The notes beneath the pieces are model-generated. The model was not told where the DNA came from. It worked only from the letters and a program-made list of their open reading frames with translations, and did no database searches. Made by a program: the position numbers and the translations under genes. Of a stretch of 64,000 nucleotides of DNA, positions 53,201 to 64,000 are shown piece after piece. Every line of letters starts with the position of its first letter. Within the stretch, counting starts at the first letter, position 1. The stretch comes from Vermamoeba vermiformis (Eukaryota), in the NCBI GenBank assembly GCA_045837725.1, contig JBEWZL010000236.1, positions 248,001 to 312,000 on the forward strand. Reading direction: 5' to 3'.

Positions 53201-54711
53201 AAAAAATTAAAATGACACGTGTCACAACTAATTATTTCACGTGTCAAAGTACTAAGACCCTTTGCTCAATTAGCATAATGTTTAAGCAAAAGTTTTACCC
53301 CACACCTGAATTTGCGTTTCCGACTTATTAAGATTTGAACTCAACACGTAATAAGTTCAAATTTTATTAAGGCGCGGATATTCACCTCACAGACGACATT
53401 GGCAACACATTGCTGCATTTGTTGAAGTTCCCTGTGCACATTGAATATTTGTTACCTCGCCTCGACGTCAATGCTGTAAATCATCTCGGTCAAACGCCGC
53501 TTTGGGGTCCGTACATATATTATGACCAAAAAAAGGCAAACTAGATCTAACTTTGCTAAAATTTTCAGGGGCGAATCTTCACCAGGATTCGTTGGTGATG
53601 ATGCTGAAAAGAAATGCAAACATTAATCACGTGGCCATTGACGGATCTACCCCGTTACATTTCATGCACCAAAATGTGCATACGATTAATTATCTCCGAG
53701 CATTGTTACGTGAAAAAGACATAGGTACCAAAACAAGACTTTGCGTGGCTTTTTGAAAAACTTCACTTTTTTATTTCTGAATTTAGACATGTCCGTCGTC
53801 AACAAAATTGGCCAATCTTTTGCACACGCGGCACTTTCCGGTCCCATGTTCTACGTGGAGATTATTAACACTTACAACAATTGTTCCGATGAGATCATGC
53901 GAGCGAAGATCAGATCCGCTTTCAATCACGTGGACATCTTTGGCTGCACCGCACTGCATTACATTTGTGACTCGCGTGTGGACGTGTCAGTGGTCAAACA
54001 GTTCGTGGAGACTTTTGAATTGGACGTCAATCCCAAGTCAAATTTCATTTTGCAGGCTTCGTAAGTTTTTGCAAAGAATTTCTTCGATCCGAAACTTTGC
54101 ATAAATTTATGCAATGTCTGCTCTCGATGAGATGTCGTATATAATTATTAACGTTACATTCATATAGATGGTTGCCTGAAGTCATTGAATACTTGCTGTC
54201 GCGCGGAAGTGATCCGAACAAACAATCTGCGGACGGAAATACCTTGTTGCACGCTGTTTGCGGCAAAGCGGAAAAATTGGACGTCGTGAAAATATTATTG
54301 AAGGTAGTACGAACGCAGTGGTAATTACCATAATAGGAAATAACCTTAATTTTCATCAGTACGGAGCTTCAATCGAGATTAAAAACAATTTCGGACAGGC
54401 ACCTGTTGATATCGATCCAAATCTTCGCAATCCTTACGGTACGTAATGAATTTTATCAATTTTATTTTTCGTTACGCAATATAACTTTTTTTCTCTTTTA
54501 GGCGCAGTTTATTATGGCTCGTTAAACAAAGAAGAACCAAATCCGCCAAAGTAATTTATTAATATTAGTGCTTCGTTAAATTTAAATATTGACCTTTTTT
54601 TTTTATTGCACTAGCGTTACGGTACGACGAGCTCACATGAGATTTCCTTTTGGACGCGAAGACAATCTCGATAATAATGAAGATGAGGATGAACCCGAGG
54701 AGCCTTTTTAA
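50248..54711 (+). CDS. F-box + ankyrin-repeat protein, paralog 1 (one apparent frameshift)
   Basis: LPSEIKLAIFDYV...LSSVCKEWR (F-box); many ankyrin repeats (GNTPLHL, TPLTFAL, GSTPLH, GCTALHY, GNTLLH); acidic C-terminus. Confidence 0.88.
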
Positions 54712-54910
54712 TTAGATGTAGATATTAACTGTTACTAACGGTATGTTTTCATATTACGCCGGATGTGCCACGCGACAAACCAATTTTTGTTGCAAAATTT
54801 GGCTAAAATTGATGCAATTTCATATATTGCAATTTAAAGACATCTTAAACGTGCAATAATATGTATTAATAATATTTATTTAGCGATAGAAGTAACTATA
54901 AAACTCAAAA

Positions 54911-55447
54911 TTGAAAACAAGCGCGATCCGATCTGGACCTCTTTTCAGCAAGCTCTTCAACCTATTGTTCTTATTCCTCGAGCCTGTGGGAACATTAGGA
55001 GCAGGAATATATGCACTAATAAATCCTGGCGTATTTGCATCACTGATCTTGGACATTACGGCAAAGGATGCGACTACAAAATTCTTTTCAGGATCATTTG
55101 GCGTCATGCTCGTAGTGGTTAGTATTATGCAATGGTTTTCTATATATCATGGCAATTCTCAAGTACGATTCTGGACCATTTTCTCGCTGTTTATTGGCGA
55201 TCTTCTCGTCATCGGCGGCTACTACGCATCCAAAGACCACGTGCCCGTAGCTAAAGGCTTGTTTTTTACTGTAGGCGCGAGTGTTGTATTCGCCATCATT
55301 AGAGTAAGCTACATGATTGCTTCTCTATTTCGTGTGGCAATAAAAAGAATAAATCTAATTTGTTAGATGATACATAGATGCTATTCATTAGATCCACACG
55401 TTCATTTTAAAGAAAATCAAACAAAGCCGCTAGAGTCGAACATCTAA
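54911..55447 (+). CDS. Small four-TM membrane protein of unknown function (start codon unresolved)
   Basis: Four hydrophobic segments (FLEPVGTLGAGIYALINPG ... LFIGDLLVI ... VFAIIR); intron at ~55304-55366. Confidence 0.55.
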
Positions 55448-55803
55448 GTTAAAGCCACCGGTATATATTGATTTTTGAAAATAATTCAAAGGTCTTAAAT
55501 TTAGAAAAGCGCGAAAATAAGTTAAAATAGTTGAGATGAAATTTGTAGCGAATTGTAGCAATATCTTGCGAATGCTACTTGGTGGCATGGAACCTTCCGA
55601 AGAAAAGTTCCACACTTTAAGTCTCAAACTTCAGGCAGTCGAACTTTCTGGTCTCTAGGCGATAACGTCCATAATGCTAGGAAATTTTACTGATTTTTGT
55701 GGGCATGCGCTCATTTAAATACGAACAAGGTCAATCATTTTTTCGTCAACTTCGGATCAAGTAAGAACAACATTTGAACTAGCTTCGAATACGACAATCC
55801 AAT

Positions 55804-56590
55804 ATGAAATCATTCTTGGTGACATTAGCAGCACTCTGTTTGGCAACCATTGCCCTGGCAGATCCAGCCAAGCCAAATCCACCAACGGACTACTCTCTAT
55901 CAGCTTTTGCCATTACTCCCAGTGGCTACGCATCCGTTAACACTTATTACGACCAAACTAATCAGAGGTAAATTATCTATTACTCAATCGTTAGCAATTA
56001 AAACTAACGGGGATCCAAAATTAGAACTCGCACTGATGTTTATGACACCAATTTCAACCAAGTTGGCGAGTTCATTGGACTTTATGCGATGGTAAATTAC
56101 TATAATCTTATAAAAAATCAAGTCTAATCACAGTATTTGCATAGAATCAAGCTTACTGGTACGACAGCGAATCCGGCCAGTGCACCACTTGGGCCTTGAA
56201 TTCTGATTGGATCAACACTTGGGACTTCTTGGACAATGCTACTTATGCCGGTGTTGATGAGTACTACCCTGGCAAGCAATGCGACCTTTGGCTCTCTCAA
56301 TTGGGTAAGTACATCCGAATCTAAATCCGCTAACAAAAAGAAATTAATCGTACTTAGACGATGATACGACTTTGGCCGCTTGCTTCTCCGACGATTATCT
56401 CGTCTATTTGGGTGTATATAACGGCCCTAACGTCAACTCGATCTACTTTGTGACCAACTTCGTTGCTTATGTTGACCCCGACGTGTTCAGCTTGCCGAGC
56501 ACTTGCAGCTCTTCGTTCAAATTATCAGCGAACTTGCGTATGATGAACTTGAAGAAATTCAAGGTTCCTGCCCATCCTCTTCTCTTTTAA
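55804..56590 (+). CDS. Secreted ependymin-related-like protein
   Basis: Signal peptide MKSFLVTLAALCLATIALA; YYDQTNQR; GQC; LDNATYAG; CDLW; C-terminal DPDVFSLPSTC motif. Confidence 0.6.
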
Positions 56591-57215
56591 GCAGCATATT
56601 TTTCAAATGACACCTCACCGAGTTTTTTTTATCCTGGATCACTTAAGGATAATTTTTTAGTTGTCAGTCGCTCTTTGTTAGTAAAATAAACGACTTATAT
56701 TCGTAAGTTGGGTTGCAAATACTCCCGATCGAAAAATAATATTTTTAAAAATCAGCAATATTGATTGAACGAATTTAAACAGCATAAACGAATTTAAGAG
56801 CATGAATATTATATTACTAGGTTAATAATTACCAAGATATTGCGGATTCGACAGAAACTAATGTTGTATCTAACTCAGACGTCGTTTGGCCACGCTCTAA
56901 TAAATTAATCTCCAATCAATAAATGCGACGTTTAAAGGTGATGAGTTTAGGCGGCCTTTAGTGCTGATGCGTTTGGTTTGGGACAAAAGCTACAGCGAAA
57001 AATTTCGCACCGGTGCGCACTTTTCCAACCAATCACAAACCGTGCAACACGTATGTAAATTTTCCTTCAAGAAATAATTGAGATAGAAGTTGTTTGGATG
57101 ATACACCGTGTCCCGTACTCCGTGCCATCTGAGCTAAAAATATCCGAACAATTGATTTAATTGATTGTGTTCTTTTTGGGACGTAAATACCTCTATTCAT
57201 CAACAATTAATAGCA

Positions 57216-58756
57216 ATGGAATACTTTGACCTGTTTGGCTTGCCCGCGGAGATTGTGCAGGAAATCTTTCAAAAGCTGACCATTTATGAATCCATACAGT
57301 ATGTAATACTACAGATTTATTTATTAAAGTAATATCGATAATAATATCCATTAAATTTACGTGTTCTTTTATTAATTAGGTCAGGTCATTTGATGATCTC
57401 CAAAAATTGGTCTTCCACGCTATGGAAAGCGCAATCAGATCTCGATATCGATAGCAAATACTACAAGCTAGATAGAATTTATAATTTGGTACTTCCTGGA
57501 AATATCAAACGGCTCAAAGCGAGTGCCGCCAAAGTCATTGAATTTGCGGACCAGATTCTCTCGTTCCATAATCTACAGAAAATAACGACAGAAAAATTGG
57601 ATAGCAATGTGTGCAATATCATCAACAAATTAACATCGTTATATGACCTATTGGCAACGAACAATTCGTTAACAAAAGACGATCTCGTGTCCTTTGCAAA
57701 TAGCTTTACTCGTCTGACAGCTGTAAATATACTGAACATTACTAATGTTGACGGTAAGTATGCGCATCATATACAATCATGATTAAGTCTGATCTGACCA
57801 TTATTATTAAAAGACTGGCCTAACATTTCGAATCTGGTCAATCTTCGCTTTGCTTCTTTTCCTAGAAATTCATTTACTCCTGCCTTCTACTCGCGGCTCT
57901 TAGCTCATACAAATCTGGCTCATTTAAACGTCGGATTTTGTCGGATCACCAAAACAGGCATGGATTCAATTTGCCAACTGACGCAGCTCAAGCAAATATC
58001 GTTACTAAAATTACCGAACCAAGCTGACCCAGCCGATGCGTGGCTGCAATTCTCAAAATTGACTAGTTTGACTGCACTTGCCTGCCACATCCCTGTAGAT
58101 GCAGCTCACCAGGTCAGCAAATTTGTAAAACTCAAGTCATTGAATCTTCATCCCGAAGATTATCAAGCACCCTTTGACATGAACTTGTATTCGACCTTAA
58201 CTGCACTCGAAGAAGTTGATCTTGGAACCTCTTTCACGAAATTTCCCACCACGTGGACAAATCTGAAGAGATTTAAGGCTATGCATGCACGCATTGATAG
58301 CAACATGAATTTTGACACTTTGACATGTTTGAGATTATTCGTAGCGGATTTGGACCCGGGCGCATGTCACAACTTGTCAAAATTGACGAACCTAGTCGAG
58401 TTGCGACTATTAGACCAAACTTATTATAAAAATTATACAGGTATAGTAACAGTATTATTTAGATCTTTTCAAACAAAGCTGATAGGAATTTTTTTCACGT
58501 AGATATATATCACCTGTCAAAGTGTCAAAATCTACGTTCGCTGTGTGTAACAGCGGACAGCACTTGTGCCGATATCATCAGCAAATTATCGACATTAACA
58601 TGGCTCGAAATATTCTGTCCGGGTGGCTCTTGGCCTGAAGAAGATATTTTCAAATTGACTGTGCTAAGTAACCTCGTACGAGTCAACTTAGTCATGAATT
58701 CTAAGCCCGATGGCATTGAAAAAATGTTGACCACGCGTTCTACGGGCAAAAAATAA
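57216..58756 (+). CDS. F-box + leucine-rich-repeat protein (3 introns)
   Basis: LFGLPAEIVQEIFQKL...MMISKNW, followed by LRR-type LxxLTxLxxL repeats. Confidence 0.8.
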
Positions 58757-58986
58757 GGCCTTAAAGTGTAAGCAAGCCAGATCCGACAACGTCAAGTAAA
58801 CCGTTTAATGTTCATACAGACATTAACACGATCATAATATAGGATTGCAATTGTTTTCCATGGACTTCTCTTCGGAGGACTATAAAAACCGGATGCACGT
58901 GCTCCGTTTGGCTGTCAAAAAAATTTTCGGTGGCTATTTTGTTTTCGGCTCTAAACTAAAACAACACGCGTCATATTTATTATTCC

Positions 58987-61360
58987 ATGGTAAATATGCG
59001 ATCGTTGGTACTCTTCAGCTGTATTTTCTTGCTGTTTTCAGCGGATGTCTTAGCTGCTGTCAAACCGCAAACCCCCATCCAAAACGTTGTCGTGCTTATG
59101 CTTGAAAATAGAAGCTTTGATCACTACGTTGGATACTTAAAACAGACTCTCAATCCTGATATCGATGGCCTCACTGGAAACGAATATAATTTATACAATC
59201 CGCAAGATCCCAACTCCAAGAAGGTCTATGTGAACAACAAATCGTCCTTAGTTACACCTAACCCTGGTCATCAAATTCCGGGTAAGTAGAAATTTATAGA
59301 CGATGATGAGACCAAGTGTCAAGTCACGCGATCAAAGCCCGACTTTTTCTTAGGCATTCAAATTAATGTCTCTACTTATACTCAATATTATACTCATATT
59401 TAATTCAATTGAATAATTCACTTTTAAACCAGAATTAAATTCTAACAATCGAAAATTCAGATGCCACATTACAAATCTTTGGCAAGCAATATCCTGGCTC
59501 TAACGATGCTCCCAATATGTCCGGCTTCGTTGCTAGCGCTGAAGGAATGCAGAAGGTTAGATTCAAGCGAAAATAAGACTACTTGACTCTTCATGAAATT
59601 ACTTTTTCGGACTTGTAGACTTAGAGTTTCAGATCTGCAGTTTTGTTGCAGTCATTTTATTATATGCGTATCATACTTATAATATTAACCATTATTAGGG
59701 ATGGGGACCTAACGTTATGCAAGCATTCGCCAACACGAGTGTTTCAGTTACTGCTACCTTAGCCAAGGAGTTTGCTTTATTTGATCGCTGGTTCAGTTCA
59801 GTACCTGGTACGTATCAATTAATAATACGCACTCATATACGACATATGAAGTTCGCGTGCACCGGATTCTCATCCGCTCGAATAGTTGTTCGAAAAGTAA
59901 AATCAACACAAAACAAATTATTATTACGATCTTTATGATATTTGAGCACCATTAGTGCATTAGGTGCTAAATTGCACGATAACTTTGATAAACTAAAAAA
60001 AGAAACTGGATGGCACGGGACGGGACGACAGCTAACTTATTGACATTTTTGTAGGCCCCACTGAAGTCAACAGATTGTACTTATTATCTGGTACTTCTCA
60101 TGGCTTGGGCTACAATGACCCTATCAAACTTGGAGAGGGCATGCCTCAACGCACGTACTTTGACGAGTTCCAAGATCAGGGTCTTTCGTGGAAGATCTAC
60201 TTCGATCAAATCCCCACTGCCATGTACGTAATTATTCGTAAATTAATATGGATATTAATGGTGTAGTATAGGTTCTTGAAAAACCTTCGTTCTGTGAATT
60301 ACATCGAACACAACTTCAAAATTTTAGCGCAGTTTGAGCACGACGCTGCTAACGGCAAGTTGCCTCATTTCTCGTTCATTGAGCCTCAATACTTCTCTGT
60401 ACCTTTATTCCCTGCCAATGATCAACATCCTTCGCACGACGTCTCACACGGTAAGCGGATTTGTATTTGTACTGGATGCGATCTCGAAGTGGTTGACTCA
60501 TTTTTGGATTTTATAGGCGAGAATTTAATTAAGAGAATTTATACTGCCTTGAGAAACTCGCCTCAATGGAATTCAACTCTTTTCATCGTCACCTTTGACG
60601 AGCACGGTGGATTCTATGACCACGTTCCTCCTCCAATGAACGTTCCTAGCCCTGATGGTATTAACACTAACGACCCTGTATACTTTGGCTTCGACAGATT
60701 GGGCATTCGTATTCCTACGTTGATGGTTTCTCCTTGGATCAACAAGGTAATTCGATCTGATCCAATTTGAGCTGAACCATAGCTCTGAATCCTACCGCTA
60801 TCAATTTATTACTGAAAAGAGCGTATATTAATAACATTTCCTTGAAAAACAGGGCACTCTCATTCACGAACCTGAATCTGGTTACTTCGATCACACATCC
60901 ATCTACGCCACCGTTCGTAAGATGTTCAACTTGCCTAATTACTTGACTCAACGGTAGGTATATGCGATTAAACGAAATGAGTACTAATTAAACCAATTTT
61001 CAGCGATAAGTATGCCGCTACATTCGAGCAGATTCTTCTTCAACGCAAGACTCCTCGTACCGACTGTCCAGTTGACTTGCCTAGCCCTAAGAACGTTAAG
61101 ACATTAGAGGTAATATACGATCCTATTTTTAATTTGTGGATTGCTTTGCGCCGAAGTGCGGATCTAATTAGAAATTACAGATGATCGCTATGGAGCATTC
61201 GCAAGATTTGAACGACTTACAAAAGGGATTTACCGACTTAGCAGCAAGCTTGAACGGTCTCCCTGGCACTCCTGAGCATATTAAAACCGAGCATGACGGA
61301 GCCAAGTTTGTTAAGAAGCAGATGGACTTGCTCTTTGGTCGTCATGGTGTCAAACTTTAA
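58987..61360 (+). CDS. Non-specific phospholipase C (phosphoesterase family)
   Basis: IQNVVVLMLENRSFDH; LAKEFALFDRWFSSVPGPT..NR; ANDQHPSHD; TFDEHGGFYDHVPPP; RLGIRIPTLMVSPWI; FDHTSI. Confidence 0.95.
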
Positions 61361-61538
61361 ATAAATAGTATTTACGTTAATGTCGCAACATTGGGGTGTT
61401 GGCGCCAATTGTAACGTTGCAATAATAAGTCTCGTACGCAACAAAACGGAAAATTTGGTTATGTTTCGAAAACAAATGAAATGTTAACCAACATTTGTTT
61501 TGTGAATCTCATGTTGCACTGATTTTTTGTGGATCGAG

Positions 61539-64000
61539 ATGCAACAAGTGCAACAGAGATTTTTTTCTAAAGAAGCGCCTGTAAAAAAAAGAACATGCCG
61601 CAAGAGTGCAGAGAAGAAGGAACATAATGAATACATCGATCCACGAGGCTTTGAATATTTTGACCAATTACCAGAGGAAATTAAGCTTGCAATATTCGAC
61701 TATTTTCCGTTCCATGATTGGTTATTGCAATTATCGCCAGTTTGCGCTAGTTGGAGGTAAGGAATTAATTACAATTTCCAAGTATTAATTTTTTTTAATT
61801 ATTTTTCGCAGATCTCTTGCTTATTCGTTTAATTAATTATCAAATAATTGTAGAAAATTAGTTACGCAATGTAACCGACAAAAGATCTTGGACCAGAATG
61901 TTTTCCTCTTGCTCGGCTATACTTTTATTCCGCATGCAGCCATGTTGGATATTGTTAAAAGTTATCAAATTTATGGCCTCAATCTTGAGTACGCTAATTC
62001 AGCAAAGCTGAGCGAACTGTTGGCCGCATCCAAGCAGCTCAATTGGGTCTCTCTGACGGACTTTTGGAAAGAGTGTTTACCTCCGAAGAATATTTTACCC
62101 AATACCGTATCATCTGTTGCTTTTAAATGTAAGTCTTATTGGCAATCACTGTCACATCTGATCTGACATCCGTACGGAATTATAATTTAATTTTATTAGC
62201 GTGGACGGAATATCAAGCCCTCAAAGAATTATTTCCAAATATTAAAGAGCTGAAAGTGGCGCGAGCAGGCGTATTGAAAAGCCTCGAACACCTTTGCCAT
62301 CCGAACCTCAGAATTTTGCACACCGTGGTTCAATCTCAAGGCGAAGCAATTGACTTAATTACTCGTATTAGATCGGTGGCACCAAATATAGAGGTAATAA
62401 TATATTATGAGCGAATGTCGTTATTCAAATGATACTTTATGATATCTTTTACCGGGATCTGTCAATCGTTTAATTTCTATATATACGATAATATTAATTT
62501 TGTTCGTAATATTGAGAGTCATATTAACGGCGAATATATTTTAGACTTTTGTGCATTGTTAATTGTTTGTGTTTTTTTTTTTTTTTTTAATTACTAAGAT
62601 TTGTTTCGCTCAGACCTTGCATTTACAACGCCAAGAGGGGGGAAGGTTCCAAAGAAAGCGCAAAGAAGGTACCCTTCCGACAATGCCTTTAGAGCAAGAC
62701 GAACAGTTGGAAAAACTAGCCGCCGAGATGAACATCAAACTTTATTGCCGCAACTTGTACGAGTTGATTCCCTACCCGAATTTGTTCATCGAATCGTTCG
62801 TGAAACAAGGGCTGCCTTACTCTTATTATATGAAGGTGCAGGATAAGAAGGTACGTCTGTTATAATCAAATGCAACGCAAAGCAATCTAGATCTAGATCT
62901 CGATCCAAATATGGATCCATAATTCGTAGTTTGTCGTACTAATAGTTACGTATTGTTTTAATAGACCTTGTTGAAAGAGGCGTGTCACAATTTGGCTTTA
63001 CCAATTGTGAAATTTTTGCTTGAAAACGGTCACACGACGATAGACCGCGAATACAAAGTCAATCCACCAAATATCTTCAATCGGGTCCTTGAACCTGCCA
63101 GCGGAGCAAAGAAGAAATCTTCCTCAGTGAACTCATTGTTCTCGTATGGTTGGCAGTTGGACGACAAATCCGAAGCAATGATTGACTACTTGTTGGCGAA
63201 GGGCTTTGACGTTAATAGATCGGTACGTTAAATGCAAAAATAACGAAATTTCGCTCATACGATTGAGAATTGACCAAAATTTTTCTACAATAATTTAACG
63301 TGGTCATTAATAATTATCGCTATATTTGTTAGGTCAATGGCGAAACCATATTTGGAAATGTTGAACAGGACGTCCTAGTGTACGTTTTACAACGCACTCA
63401 AGTTGATTACAAACGTAAAATTGATAGCGAAGGCAATACAGGTAAAATCTTTCTTCAGGCAATCAAACGCCATTAACGGGTTTATTTCCAAATATAGTAA
63501 TCCACTGCTTGATGCGTGATAGTTTGCTTCTCGGTTTGGAAATTGCGAAGAAACAATTGTCCAAGTCGGAATTAATCGAGGTATTTTCCATCAAAAACGA
63601 CGACGGAGACACTCCGCTGCTTATGGCAGGATTCGAGCAAGAAATTATTGAGTTTTTGATCGATTTGGATCTTGGATCTGTGTGGGACATACCTAACGCT
63701 TCGTAAGCGACCATATATTTTAAATGAATAAACTAACGTCGGTCAATTAACTTTTTTCCAGAAATGAAACGCCCCTTGTAAAATTCGTTAGTGAATGGAG
63801 AGGACAAGTGAACGCATCATTAATGAACTTAAACAGTAAGTAGCTAATCATATTAAATCATTAATAGACTTTTTTCATGAAAATCAATAGTGACACTTTT
63901 CATAAATCAGTTTGAACCGGGAGCAAATTAATCTTTGCAACAATTTTTTTTAAATGTAAAAGCAATGATGATGTGATAATTACGTGCATAATGTTCACAA
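61539..64000 (+). CDS. F-box + ankyrin-repeat protein, paralog 2 (3' end runs off the window)
   Basis: IDPRGFEYFDQLPEEIKLAIFDY...VCASWR; IKLYCRNL; FIESF..Q.LPYSYY, shared with paralog 1; ankyrin GDTPLL. Confidence 0.85.

Overview
Compact, AT-rich, intron-dense eukaryotic nuclear DNA read in the standard genetic code. The gene content suggests a free-living, probably amoebozoan, protist (inference). I reconstruct about 28 mostly multi-exon protein-coding genes and one tRNA-Cys(GCA). The genes are: a glutaredoxin/SH3BGR-like protein, a CUE-BTB-BTB-TULIP-like protein, a USP, a DsbA-like protein, a divergent CAX exchanger, an S1/P1 nuclease, serine palmitoyltransferase LCB2, a histone-fold protein, JMJD7, two tandem PA-domain 7TM receptors, an HTH protein, REV7, an RCC1-BTB protein, a second JmjC protein, a divergent Ran, a COQ7-like protein, two F-box/LRR and two F-box/ankyrin proteins, a DUF4246 gene, a CH-IQ-DH-PH RhoGEF, a surface protein, two small membrane proteins, an ependymin-like protein and a non-specific phospholipase C. 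The most notable observations are: (1) a tRNA gene inside an apparent minor (U12-type) intron of REV7; (2) a Ran paralog with Q69->E and an extra N-terminal arm; (3) a 12-bp palindrome, TGACACGTGTCA, found five times and only in introns; (4) pervasive GATC enrichment; (5) unusual domain fusions. All gene models were built by eye from GT/GC-AG boundaries and are unverified. The 39.5-42.5 kb region probably contains assembly indels.
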